Shown here piece after piece: positions 1 through 13,390 of a stretch of 64,000 nucleotides of DNA. Each line of letters begins with the position of its first letter. Position 1 is the stretch's first letter. The DNA comes from Octopus sinensis (Eukaryota). Location: contig NC_043002.1 of assembly GCF_006345805.1 (NCBI RefSeq), positions 13,082,001 to 13,146,000 of the forward strand. Reading direction: 5' to 3'. The notes beneath the pieces are model-generated. The model was given only the letters and a program-made list of their open reading frames with translations. It did no database searches and was not told where the DNA came from. The position numbers were made by a program, and so were the translations under genes.

Positions 1-1
1 T

Positions 2-1084
2 GGCTTCGTCATTCATACGTGCCATCCTTGCTACATTCACCCATCTTTTTTTAAAACATTCACTAGACAAAACTTGCCTCTCTACTCTCACTTTTTTCTT
101 CAAGTGATACTTGAAGAAGTTGATGAGAGATTGACCAGAGAGGAAAGTGTTTGTCTCTAATCCTTTCAGACGCGTCCACCAGATACATTCTTTCGCCATA
201 GCCACAAGTATGATAAAAATAGCTCTTCCTTCCCGTTTGAAGGAAGGAGGCGTGACGATATTAACGATAGACTCGGCTGATAAACCGACACGTCCCACAC
301 GTGATAGCAGTCGTTCGACATAAGCCCACAGGTGGGAAATTGCTGGACACTGCACGATTGCGTGCAGAGCGGTTTCGTCGCTCTGCCCGCATCTCGGGCA
401 GGTCGGCCCCGTGTTTCTCGAGCCATGCCTATAGAGCTTATCCCGAACGGGTAGCGCTTCTCGGTAGCACCGCCAGGCCAGGGATCTCTGGAAGTTGTCC
501 ATAGGTCCCGGGCCGAAAGTCGTTTGAAACAGGCGGGTCAGGTATTCCTCGTCGACGCCCAGGTTTGCCCCGAGCTCGTCGTCGTACCTCCCCTCCACTA
601 ATCCCCTATAGAATGCTTTGGTTGTGTTGAAGTCACTCAAGGTCGACCCGGGACGGCAGAGTTGCTTGAGAGCAACGCGACACTCGCGGTGCCATCCGCC
701 CTTCTTCGGCCTCTTTTTGATCCACGACTGTAGTTCGGTCATGGAGACGAGTTGCGGGAATGCGTGCCTCACAAACGGCGACCACACCTGTTCACCGTCG
801 TCTACATAGAGCCGGAGATGTCGCAGTCTCAGCGCGTGTCTGCGCATCATCAACCACGGCATGCCCAGCCCTCCTTTTAACGGGTGTTGACAGCAAATGG
901 ATCGCCTGACCATCGGGACGCATCCTTTCCACAAGAAGCGGAAGAGGATGCGTTCTAGTTTGGTGATGGTAGGGTCGGGACAAGGTACGACGGTCAGGCG
1001 GTAGTAGATGATGGACGCGATGTACGCGTTCACCACCTCCGCCCGACCTTTTAGGGACAGTTTCCTCTCGGCCCATTGCTGGGC
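2..1084 (-). mobile_element. Tx1/L1-clade non-LTR retrotransposon, 5'-truncated ORF2 C-terminal part (post-RT region plus CCHC zinc-binding domain); runs off the window edge
   Basis: Manual translation gives 361 codons with no stop: [28 protein letters not shown]...[10 protein letters not shown]...LAWRCYREALPVRDKL...CPRCGQSDETALHAIVQCPAISHLW...KECIWWTR. The W-x-x-R-x-LS-x-x-GR, GGLG and C-x2-C-x8-H-x4-C motifs are typical of L1/Tx1 ORF2. GC-rich against the background. Absent from the ORF track because there is no stop inside the window. Confidence 0.9.
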
Positions 1085-1121
1085 AGATAGATGGATGGAT
1101 GGATGGATGGATGGATGGATG

Positions 1122-1192
<71 letters not shown>

Positions 1193-1241
1193 GGATGGAT
1201 GGCTGGATGGATGGATGGATGGATGGATGGATGGATGGATG

Positions 1242-1276
<35 letters not shown>

Positions 1277-1452
1277 TGATTGATAGCTTGATAGACAGAC
1301 AGACAAACAAATAGACAGACAGACAGACGGACAGACAGATAGATAGATATATAGATAGATTGGTTGATTCATTGATTCATTGATTGGTTTACAGATAGAT
1401 AGATATGTAGACAGATAGACAAACAGACAGACAGATAGACAGACAGATATAT

Positions 1453-1509
<57 letters not shown>

Positions 1510-1565
1510 CAGATAGATAGACGGGCGGACAGAAAGATAGACAGACAGACAGTCAGAAAGATAGA
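1085..1565. repeat. Compound (GATA)n/(GGAT)n/(GACA)n microsatellite
   Basis: Read directly from the sequence. Confidence 0.97.
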
Positions 1566-1931
1566 CCGAATTTGGCAAACGCTAATCAGTGTGTTCCTTT
1601 ATTTCTTGGAAGAACCCTGCTTTTCAAAGCTTTTGTTCACATCTGTTGTTATTTAGACCTGTGCATCTATCATAATTGTTACAATAGCAAATATATAACT
1701 TGGATAGAAGAGCTGTAGGCTTCTCATTTGTTATCCATTGGTATTCTTGCCCCAATTTTTTTTATAAAGGGACATTAGATCCGGTAGACAGGTAGACATG
1801 TTTCCGTTAGCGCTCTCAAACGACTTAGCATCACATACGTTTGTATATACACACATACATACGTATGTAGACAAATGCACCTATATTTGTGTACACGCCT
1901 CCATACATACATACATACATACATACATACA

Positions 1932-1965
<34 letters not shown>

Positions 1966-2684
1966 CATTCATACATTGCTTTACATTCACAGCGATACAC
2001 ACGTGTACGTGACATGACACTGCCGTTAATATCCCCTATATACTTTCACACGTGACATGACTTTGTTACACAAAGAAAATCATTCGCAATGCAATCTACC
2101 AGAAGGATCGATTTGATGGTCACACCAAAAGGACACACCAGAATCAGAATGTACCAAATTCTTTAAAGATAGATAACACTAGTGGAACATAGCAATTAAA
2201 ATGACAGCCCGTTGTAAATGCAAAAAGGCCCGATATTGTTATATGGGACAGCGAGTAAAAATCATGCTTTCTGGTAGAGATCAGCTGCTTGACGGATGTA
2301 ATGTTCCTTTAAGAAAAATTGATGAAAGAATATCAATGGATAAAAAATGATTAGCGTTTTTCAAAATGGAATCGATTAGTGGTACAGCGTATTTTTTAAA
2401 CAAGAGAAAAAACAACAGTTTGGCTATGAGATATTTTATTCAATTCTGTTCATAAAATATACATTGGAATGGAGTAAATTATAAAGCAAATCGTCTGATG
2501 AATTACATATTTCTAATATCAAGTAAAAGTTTGAAATATTCATTATTCCGCATGTGTGTGTGCATGTATAGATATATGCATATGTGTGTGCATGTATATA
2601 TATATGTATATGTGTGTGTATATGTATCTATATGTATATCTACTTATGTATTTATCTCTCTCGCCCTCTTTCTCTCTCTATATA

Positions 2685-2734
<50 letters not shown>

Positions 2735-2737
2735 ATA

Positions 2738-2797
<60 letters not shown>

Positions 2798-2844
2798 ATA
2801 TATATATATATATATGTATGTTTATATATATATATATATATATA

Positions 2845-3015
2845 TGGGCGCAGGAGTGGCGGAGTGTACCAAAAAACATGGTTCTGAGTTCAGCCCTACT
2901 GCGTGGCACCTTGGCAAGTGTCTTCTACTATAGTCTCGCGCCGACCAAAGCCTTGTAAGAGAATTTGATAGGCGGAAACTGAAAGAAGCCCATCGTATAT
3001 ATATATAAGTATATG

Positions 3016-3073
<58 letters not shown>

Positions 3074-3325
3074 TATATATATATGTGTGTATTGTGTGTT
3101 TGTGTGTATATGTTTGTGCGACTGTGTTTGTCCCTCACCGTCATTTGACAACCCATGCTGGTGTTTTTACGTCCACGTAATCTAGCGATTCGGCAAAAGC
3201 GACCGATCGAATAAGTACTGGGCTTACAAAGAATAAGTCTTGGAGACGATCGATTTGTTCGACTAATAGGCAGTGCTCCAGCATGGCTGCAGTCAATTGA
3301 CGGAAACAAGTAAAAAGAAATAAAG
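2845..3325 (+). mobile_element. tRNA-derived SINE family A (CORE-like body, internal (TA)n(TG)n tract, conserved tail)
   Basis: Head GGCGCAGGAGTGGC...GTTCAGCCC with A/B-box-like motifs; body GCACCTTGGCAAGTGTCTTCTACTATAG; tail ...ATGGCTGCAGTCAA. More than 15 further copies in the window (e.g. 19679, 33600, 40655, 44830, 45585, 56440, 57310). Confidence 0.85.
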
Positions 3326-3587
3326 AATATATATATATATACAGAGAGAGGTGAAGGGAGAGAGATTAAATAAATATGCACTCTACTAATAAGAGTTGCG
3401 TAATCCTTAACTTTAATGTCATGTTATGTCCTGTTATTCGTATTTGTGTAACATTCTCCGTTATTTTGCCGTCCTTGTTTTCTTTGTATTGTCTATCTGG
3501 ATGTTTTGTTGTCCCGTTTTTGTATCACCTGTCTGGATGTTTTGCATTCTTGTCCCAAATTATATATATATATATATGTGTGTGTGT

Positions 3588-3619
<32 letters not shown>

Positions 3620-3852
3620 TGAAAATCTTTCTGAGAATTACTTAATACAGTTTTTAAGAATAAACGAGATTCTTTTTTTAAATAATCATTTAAAAAAAGT
3701 TATACAATCTTTTATCAGAATGTTGCTAACCTTTGTGGAAGAAATTTTTTTCCTAGTGTGTGCAAGCGCTTTTGATGACTCTTTTAAAACACACGTGCGC
3801 GCTTGTTTAATGTATGAGAGAAGTCGTAATTTTTGTAGTACTGGTAGTATTA

Positions 3853-4088
3853 ATTGTTGGGTTGGTGCATAATTATTGCGGCTTTTGTTCAGCAAAATCA
3901 ATAACAATATTTAACAAAAAACATCTTTAAATGACGGTCTAACCGTCTGCCTAGCAAATGGGAAGCTGTAATTGAAGTAGATGGTGAATAATAATTTAAA
4001 GATGTTTTTGTTGCATGTTGTTAGTATTTTTGGTGAATATATTTTGTTCAAAAAAAAAATGCCGCAATAATTATGCAACAACCCAATA
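3853..4088 (+). mobile_element. Mariner-derived MITE (Hsmar1/MADE1-like TIRs)
   Basis: About 28-bp inverted termini TTGGGTTGGTGCATAATTATTGCGGC / GCCGCAATAATTATGCAACAACCCAA; interior resembles a mariner transposase 3' end. A related half copy lies at about 59818-59995. Confidence 0.7.
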
Positions 4089-4378
4089 TTTTCGGTTTAA
4101 TTTTGGACTTAAGGTTTTCACGAATTATTCTTCCTTTGCCTTTCTTAGTCATAAATATTCTTTGAGGATTGTTTATTGTATGGAGTGTTGACCATTTTCG
4201 GCTTAATTTCAGATTTAGAATTGTTTTGCCTTTCGTAGTGGAGCATTTTCACCGTTTATTTTCTAAAATAGGAATGTGTGTGTGTGTGTGTTTGTTTGTG
4301 TGTGTATGTGTGTGTATCTATATCTATACACATACACCCACACATACAAACACACACAGACGCATGTATGTGTGTGTA

Positions 4379-4415
<37 letters not shown>

Positions 4416-4895
4416 GTTTGGTGTTGTGTAAAAGGAATACTAACTTCTGTCCTACATCATCACTCTCGTTACTTTTCTTTCGAGGCCTACGACAGCAAAA
4501 CCTTTCTGATGATCTTGTGGTCTTTGAGTCTTTAGGAATTTGGATATCAACACAAAAATCCTCCCGCCCAAACGTTGTTCTCTGCTCAATTCGGCTCTCA
4601 CAATCTTCCCGTAGGATGTCACAAAAGCTGACGGGCTAATTTTATTCACGATCGCAAGCAGAGTTAACCCTGAAATGTGTGGAGAGAGGGTTAGTCTATT
4701 ACATCGACCCTAATACTCAATTGATACTTATTTTATCGACCCCAGAGAGGATGAAAGGCAAACTCGACGTCAGCGGAACTTGAATACAGAACATAAAGAC
4801 AGACGAAATCCCGCTCAAATTTCGCCCGTCGTCCTAACGATTTTACCTGCTCGCAGCCTGAATAATAATAATAATGAGGAGGAGGAGGATAATGA

Positions 4896-4947
<52 letters not shown>

Positions 4948-5376
4948 TACATGGAACAAAAAGGGGCTGCAATAAGGGTGGAACACTTGCAGAAAACAGC
5001 ACTGCCTGGAACTGCTCAAATACTCCGGATGGTGCTCGAAAAATAAGGGGTGTTACCTTAGTTCGCTAGTAATGAACAGCTGGAACCATAGTACAACTTC
5101 AGCGTTAGAAGCTGTGCAAAGACAATAAATAATAATGATAATAAAAATCCTTTCTACAGGAGGCACAAGGCCTCAAAATTGTGGGGAGGGATTAAGTCGA
5201 TTACTTCGACCCCAGTGCGTAACTAGTACTTATTTAATCGACCCCGAATAGATGAAAGCGAAAGTCGACCCAGGCGGAATTTGAACTCAGAATGTAGCGG
5301 CAGATGAAATGTCGCTAAGCATTTCGCCCGGCGCGCTAACGATTCTGCCAGATCACCACCTAAAATATTATTATTA

Positions 5377-5420
<44 letters not shown>

Positions 5421-5507
5421 GATCACCATCATCATAATCATCATCATCATCATCATCATCATCCTCGTCATCATCATCATCATTATTAACAATGATAATA
5501 AAAATAG

Positions 5508-5544
<37 letters not shown>

Positions 5545-6205
5545 CAGCAGCAGCAGCAGCAGCAGCAGCAGGGAAACGGAACTGCAAGGTACTGCACACA
5601 TCTTGCACAGATTATTGTGAACACAATGGAAAAATAGTACACGTAACTCCACACCCAAATTACACACACATACACACACACAGACGAAGACATACAGATA
5701 TGTACATTCACACGTAAAGTACACATAGAGAACTGCAATGTAATATGCAGCAATGAAAGGACACAACATCAATAGAAAAATATTGTTTTTAAAAGAAGCG
5801 ATGATCAAATATGAAAAGTTTACGATGTTTGAACGATCAGCCTATGCACAAAAAAGACGTTCGCTTTCAAGTCTTGTCAATGCACTAAGTGACCCGGCCT
5901 TCGAAATAGAAACAGAAGGTGGAGACATTCATGCCTTCATCAAAAGGATCAGTGGGCGGGAAGCAGGCAGTCTTTTTAATCCTTTTCGTTAAAGGTTTCT
6001 ATCCATCTATCTATCAATCTGTCTGTCTGTCAATGTGTTTGTCTGTTAATCTGTTTGTCTATCTGTCTGTCGATCTCTCTCTGTCTTTCTCTGAGTGTGT
6101 GTGTGTGTGGTGTGTGTGTGTGTGAGTATGTGCGCGCGCATGTGAGTGTGTGAGTATGTGTGTGTGCGCATGTGTGTGTGTGAGTATGTGTGTGTGCGCG
6201 TGCAA

Positions 6206-6299
<94 letters not shown>

Positions 6300-6300
<1 letters not shown>

Positions 6301-7060
6301 TGAGGTACGTTCAAAAAGTTACCAACTTATTTTTCCAACCAAAACTAAAATCGCTTGAGCAAAATATTTTGGTTGGAAGGTGATGGCACCCTCCATGCAC
6401 ATGGCTGAAAACTTTCGCACCGATACGTCGCGTCAGCTCCAGACTGAAACATCTGGAGTACAGACGTATAGTGCACGCTCGATGGATTTTTGTTTTCACG
6501 CAAGATGGCGGAGCGCATCGAGCAGAGACCATAAACCAACGTCTCATTACCAATGATGATGATCTTCATGGAGTCTTGGTCGAGGTTTGCACCGTCTATC
6601 ATGTCTTGAACGATTTCCATGCGTAGTTGCTTCCACTGCTCCGCCAGCATCTCGGGGACGAATTTTTTCCGACACTCCGCATCCACAAATCTTCTTTTAA
6701 ACCGGGGTACACTGTTCCTGTGCTTTTTCTCACTACATGAGTAATTTCCTGGATTGTTACACAACCGTCTTCCATGACTATTCGCCAAACCTTCTCAATC
6801 GGTTTCTTGTTTCGGCTTCTGAACGGTCTGCCTGAGCGCGCCTCGCTCTCCACTGAGATGCAACCATGTTCGAAGCGGCTGTACCACTCTTTCATCTAAG
6901 TTTTACCCATGACATCATCGCCAAAAGCCTGCTGAATCTTCTGGACGGTTTGTGCTTGAGTATCACCAAGGTTTTGGCATAACTTGATGCAATATCTCTG
7001 TTCGATGCATTTGGTGAAAACGAAAATCCGACGACCGTGCACTACACGTACAGCTTTCCT
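6300..7060 (-). mobile_element. Decayed mariner transposon composite (N-terminal HTH region of the transposase)
   Basis: Minus-strand peptides CIEQRYCIKLCQNLGDTQAQTVQKIQQAFGDDVMGKT and EWYSRFEHGCISVESEARSGRP; TIR-like TATGAGGTACGTTCAAAAAGT at about 6300. Confidence 0.85.
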
Positions 7061-8495
7061 CCTTGTGTATTTTGACAAATATAGATTATTGTTGAATTTT
7101 CTCTAGTTTTCTATCTGGTTGTTTAAGCTATTTCTCTGTTCTTATTAATTTATTTTTTTGTTATTTACCTCGTTGTAGCTTTTCTTATGCCGCTACTGTT
7201 ATCGCTATGGTACTTGGATATATATATATTTTTGCAGTTGCTGCTTTTCCTTAAGTCCCATCTAAGGATTGTCATTCCTTTAATTTTCATCTTTTGACTG
7301 ACTTGTACATTCGGTAATTTGGTGTTCTGTTTGTCATGGCAAAGCTAAACCCTTAGGCTTTAGAACCAAACTTCCCTGAAACACTACCTAATGTACTCTT
7401 TGATAATTTCCCATTCTCTAGCATTTTCCGACGCTTTCTAGTCGCCCTCGGCATTTTCCTCATACAAGACATCGAAGATTCCTGATGCTATATCTGTATG
7501 TCTTTAAGAGTTTTTCTGTGTTTAAAATCTTGGTAGCAAGATTTCTTCAACATATCCTTTTAAGGCCTGTAATAAACGTTGCTGTTATTGTTGCTATGAG
7601 TATTTTAATTTTGCTTATATTCTTGTCACTATAGCTGCCACAAAAGCTGCTGCTATTACTGCGACTGAGATTGCTGCAGTCTAGGTTTTGGTAACAGGGA
7701 TTTAAGCTGAGCGTTTTCTTTCTTGAGTCAGAAAGCACTGAAGTTACCTGTTCTATAATCACTCACGTCGTCTCTCACTTTTCGAAATAAATATAACAAA
7801 GGATTCCAAGTACATCGTCCAATGAACTCAACATTTGAAACTACAATAACATTACTCTTCACAATTACTGGCAGTTGAACTTGAGTCATGTAATTCTCCT
7901 GTATCCTTCAAATATTATCATTATTCCATCTGGGATTTTTGTGAGGCTACATATTGGTGAAGGTCCGTTTGTCTGGACAACGTCTCGTATAGAGCGGAAT
8001 CCCCACAGAATGCTGGATCATACCTGTAGATGTGGGCGCTGGTTCGGAATCCGTGCTCGCGGCAGCAGAAGTTACTTTCCACCTGTATTTCCCTTTGTAT
8101 TCATGCAATGACGTCAGACTTCTGATCGTAGCGGCGGCCACACTACTTTTTGCTAATCTTAAATGAAAAGAACCTTTATTTTCATTCTTAGCATTATTAA
8201 ACAATTGTTTCACCACGATCAACCACGAGTATTATGATGACATAATTGATATCTATAAATGTTTTTAAGGAAAATATTTTTTTACAAAATACACCTATGT
8301 AACTGTGGGCGTTCTCAAAAGAAAAACAGTTCTTCAATAATGTGTGTCATTTCTCTCAAAAGGAATTAAACCGGTCCCTTTCCAGACAAAGATGTCAAAA
8401 AGCGGGTGAAACATGGAAGGACAGAGATCCATGGTTATCATAGGAAATAATAATAATAATTATATTGTTATTATTATGTTATTATTATATAATCA

Positions 8496-8549
<54 letters not shown>

Positions 8550-8961
8550 CATTATTATTTTTATTATTATTATTATTGAAGGGCGACGAAATAGCAGAAT
8601 GGTTAGCACACTGGACGAAATGCTTTACTGTTCTGCGTTCAAATTCCGCCGAGGTCGACTTTACTTTTCATCCTTTTGGGGTCGATTAAATAAGTACCAG
8701 TTACGCACTGGGGTCGATACAATCGACTTAATCCGTTTGTCTGTCCTTGTTTGTCCTCTCTGTGTTTAGCCCCTTGTGGGTAGTATAGAAATAGGTATTT
8801 CGTCTGCCTTTACGTTCTGAGTTCAAATTCCGCCAACGTCGACTTCTCCTTCCATCCTTTCGTAGTCGATTAAATAAGTACCAGTTACGCACAGGGGTCG
8901 GTGTAATTGGCTTAATCCACACCATCAAGCGGCCCTTGTGGCAAAAAATTTGAAACTATTA

Positions 8962-9009
<48 letters not shown>

Positions 9010-9051
9010 TATTATTATTATTATTATCGTTATTATTATTATCATCATTAT

Positions 9052-10056
9052 TCCTTCGTAACACAGTGTAGGTAAAAATGCACCGGGATCTTTAGTCATC
9101 TGTCAAGTCACAAGAAGGCCGTCAGACAGATAATTTCCTTAAGATGTGCGATGGGCCCAATAAAGCTGCTTTCTGCAAGATCTTAAACTTGCATGGGATT
9201 TCCAGTTGCCTTAACAAGTTTTGAAGTTTCAATGGGATTGAACCCCACGTTCCGATCACCACTGGTATCACTTTGACATTACCCTCTTGCATTCCATACA
9301 GTCTTGCCATTTCCACTTTCATTTCGGAGTACTTGGTGATTTTTTCAACCTCTTTACTCGCAACATTCATGTCATTTGATATGGCTACATCAATGATCTG
9401 ACAGTATTTGTCTCTCTTATTCCATATTACATTATCCGCCCGACGGTGTTCGATTACACGATTCGTCTGAAAATCATAGTCCCATCTTCTTTTCCCTCCT
9501 CTTGCATAACTTTACTTAGTACATGCTCATACCTGTTCTCTGTTACGTCATATTGGTGTTTATGGCATAAGAGCCAATGAAGATACGCACACACTTTATC
9601 GTGGCGGCGTTTCTATTCTTTTTGTGCTAGGCTCTCACATCCACTTACCAAGTTGGTCACATTTTCCACACTCTTTCCACAGAATCTACATTTCTGGGTG
9701 TCAGAAGTTTTATAGATGTTATACTTCACTAAATTGGTAGCGAGAGCCTGACCTTGTGCAGCAATGATCAGGCTTTCGGTAGTACGCTTCAAATAACCTC
9801 GCTCAAGCCATGCCCACGATGCTGTATTATCCTTAATGTCCTGTGTATTGCTTTTAAACTTCCATGCTTTCTCATTTCAAGAAGGTCTTCTTTTCTCTTC
9901 TCCTCAGCTCTTTGGTTAAACTCTTCCTTGCCCATCATTACATCTGCATTTATACCCATATCTGTTATGGGTATTAGTGCAATTACAAAAAGTTATGGAG
10001 GAAAGGAGTCACCTTGGAAGATTCTCTTTTTAATATTATCTTCTCCAAGAAATACA

Positions 10057-10060
<4 letters not shown>
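9052..10060 (-). mobile_element. R4/Dong-clade LINE 3' fragment (CCHC finger plus restriction-like endonuclease), flanked by (TAA)n
   Basis: Peptides IIDVAISNDMNVASKEVEKITKYSEMKVEMARLYG...VIPVVIGTWGSIP...ILQKAALLGPSHILRKLSV. The 3' UTR matches that of the copy at 21190-22590. Confidence 0.85.
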
Positions 10061-10139
<79 letters not shown>

Positions 10140-11525
10140 CAAAAACAATTTGTGCGCGACTGTTATTAGTAATTAATAGATGTTGACTTTCTTTATTAAA
10201 ATCGAAATGAAACGAATGAACAATATTTCCGTGTGTCTTTTATATGTTCAAAATATAAAATGAAATTAATTTGTCTGATAGGAAACGCTGACACATTCAA
10301 AATTAGACCGGAATAATTGCGCTTCTTTTGGCATTTCTTTCCAGTTTTTCCGGTTTCATTTTGAATGTCTCAGCATTTCCTATCTTTCAATTTAATTTCA
10401 TTTTATATTTTGAACATATAAAAGACACACGGAAATATTGTTCATTCGTTTCATTTTCATTTTAATAAAGAAAATCAATCTCTATTATCGATAACAGTCG
10501 CGCTCTTCTTATTGTTTCTTTACCTTCGTGGAGAGTAACTTCAATCTTGAAATATTAATATTATTATTATTATTTTTTTTTTTTTTTGAAAGCAGCGAGC
10601 TGGTATAAACGTTAGCACGCCGGGCAAAATGGTGGTGCTGTTATTACCACCGTTGACGAGGTCTTTATCAGGAGGCCTATAGTACTCGTCGAACAGCATC
10701 TCAAAAAGAGTAGTACATTTCTCAATATTTATCGCTGATTCAATCAACACTGATCCTGGATAACAATTGTGAACCGTATTTCGCTTATCACAAATTGATC
10801 TGTGATATCACAGGACAGTGATCAATCAAAGAGTCTGCTTGGATTGCAAAAACGCACCCAAAACGACCATCCACAATTTATAGGATAGCTTGGGGTTTCG
10901 GAGCGAAACCTTTTCCCTGTATAGTTTGTTATTCATTTATCACTGATTCATTCAACAGGTTTGTTTTAAACTAAACACTTGCGATAAAGGAAGATCAGTA
11001 TATCTGATTCGTAATCATTGAAAGTATTAGATCGATAAATGTACTATTCTCTCGGATTACTAAAATGTCCGAGCAATTCGTGCAAGTCGGTGCATTCCCT
11101 GAGGAATTTCTATTCTCTGGTTTGCGTTAATCGTGAAGTCACTCTGTCCTTGCCACCAATTTGACACACTCCACCGGTCTCTCTTTCCTCTGCACCACTG
11201 GAATGCGATGGGGGATTGCTGCTGATTCCTAGAAATTCTGTGCTAAGATAGATATTACTTGCCTTCTCACTCGTCCGTATTTTCTCATTCTGGTGGGAAG
11301 AGAAAAATTACTTTATCTTAAACCGAAACGTTATCTCTTGCAACCTCGCCTGTTATTTTCTGAGTTGTCACCAGCTGTGCCTCGGATATGGCAGTAACAG
11401 CAAACATGGCCTTCATTACTGCAGTCTGATTTTGTTTCTACTGCAGTTTCTGCCATCACTACCTGCCTTCGTTCTGCTTTCCGCTTTTCTTGAGCGGAAT
11501 ATTCTCGGACGGTCTTTACTACCAC

Positions 11526-11566
<41 letters not shown>

Positions 11567-13021
11567 AAGCCGACCTTCTACCGTGTACCACCAGCCTGGT
11601 CGATCAGTCCTCTAACTCTACCATACAGTACAGCTCTAAAAGTATCCTTGTGCTCTCCGAAAGTCATTATAACTTAACGATGCACAAAGACTCTTGCGTT
11701 GACTCTGTCTGTACTTCCAGATTCATAGTTTTAGACCACCCCTGCACTCACCACACATCTGTTCTATTGCACAAGTATGACAACAAACTAAGAGCCGACG
11801 TCTGCCAGTATCTCTGACCATGATCCTGGCGTTTCGTGACTCTTGCACGTTGGCACCAGATGACGGACATGTGAATGCAACTCTGACATGTTTTCTCGCA
11901 TTGTTCTATGCTTTAAAATCTGTTTGTTTTTTCATTTGCACAGATATGTCACCTTTCCATCTCACCAATCTTTTACGTAAGTTCATTGAGCAACGAAACA
12001 CTGCAGTTTACTATATACTTTGAACAATTATTTCCCCTTCTCCTTATAGCAGCTTGAATGACTGGTCCTTTTTTCCCTACATATAGTTCGTAAATGATGG
12101 AATGTTGCTTTCATTCTAGTTGTTGTTTTTACTATATTTTCATTCAAAATATAGATTCAAGCACAATGCTGTCCTCTGTCTTCCTCTATACAAGTCCTCG
12201 CTGTGTATTCAGTATTTAGGGCGTATTCATTTACATTACTGCTTTGGTCACTGTCGTGATCACCACTTCCCTGTACTTCTGAGAGGCGCATTTAGCAATA
12301 CGTGTAAATATCGCATATTGTTATGTTTCAAAATTGTATAAACGGTTTGCAACAATGTCATACAAGTGCCATTCTAGTAAAATAAGGACACAAAAAGCGG
12401 TTCACGATAAATATGACACCTCAAGTTTACAAATTTGTGTAATGCTAAATAGCTAGAATTTTCTTAGATCAATTCTCTTACGAAACAAGCACAACTCCAA
12501 AAGTGCAAGCAGTTAAATTTTTTTTAAATCACCCTGAGAAATGCGGTAGACGTTCACATCGTTCGAAGCTGTTGTGTGGCTTAAAGAACTAGAAACTAAA
12601 AGCCAATATTTCGTAATCCTGGTAGAATGTATTCTCTATACTTAGGTCTGACGTAGCTCTTTGCAGTGTAACAATCCACAGAGAACGTGAACGACAGCAA
12701 TTAGAACAACAGATATTAATATAATATCAAAAGCAATACACTTGATGGGTTTGAATTCGTTCTTTCTTTTTTTTTTTTCATTTCTTTCCAAAACTACTGC
12801 ATACTTTTCCAAAATAAGTCTTCCTAAAACGCTGCGCTTGTTTACCGGAAGTGACGAACAATCGAAGTGTTGACAACCTTCCATTTTGAACGCAAATTAG
12901 ACAGTTATATTCGTTGAAAAAAATCTTCCCAAATGGCTATTACGTTGAGAATAGAGACAAGCTGAAAATGCACGGAATTACACCAATATAACCAAAGAAT
13001 GTATCTAATTTCCTATATATA

Positions 13022-13120
13022 GCTACGGCGATACGTATTCTAAAATTGGAACGATACAGAGATTAGCATGGCCACTGCGCAAGGATGACACGCAAATTCG
13101 TGAAGCGTTCCATATTTTTT
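13022..13120 (+). pseudogene. U6: U6 snRNA pseudogene
   Basis: CTAAAATTGGAACGATACAGAGATTAGCATGGCCACTGCGCAAGGATGACACGCAAATTCGTGAAGCGTTCCATATTTTTT matches U6. It lacks the first ~6 nt, has a diverged 5' stem, a 3-nt deletion after ACAGAGA and a C>A change in the ISL. Confidence 0.95.
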
Positions 13121-13390
13121 TATAGGCGTAGGATTGGCTTTTGGTAAGTAGCTTACTTACGAACCACATGGTTCCGGGTTCAGTCCCACTGCGTGACACC
13201 TTGGGAAGATGTCTTCTACTATAGTCTTGGGCCGGCCAAAGCCTTGTGAGTGGATTTGTTAGACGGAGCTTTAAAGAAGCCCGTTGTATATATGTATATG
13301 TATATATATGTGTATGTGTGTGTATATGTTTGTGCTTCTGTGTTTGTCTCCCCAACATCGCTTGACAACCGATGCTGGTGTGTTTAGGCC
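13121..13390 (+). mobile_element. SINE family A copy fused to the 3' end of U6
   Basis: TATAGGCGTAGGATTGGCTTTTGGTAAGTAGC... begins directly after the U6 oligo-T. Confidence 0.88.

Noticed and set aside
792-1310. 172-aa minus-strand ORF in the track
   Set aside because: Wrong frame: it is microsatellite translation plus an off-frame read of the Tx1 ORF2, whose true frame is open to the window edge.
2498-3381. Numerous YIYI/CVCV/HTHT/IIII ORFs here and throughout the window
   Set aside because: They are translations of (TA)n, (TG)n, (TAA)n and similar microsatellites and of SINE bodies.
11000-11900. Possible LTR-retrotransposon leader (PBS-like TGGTGCCAACGTG on the minus strand) and a Cys-containing ORF at 11331-11591
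   Set aside because: No LTR pair or gag/pol motif found, the PBS match is imperfect and the ORF has no recognisable domain.
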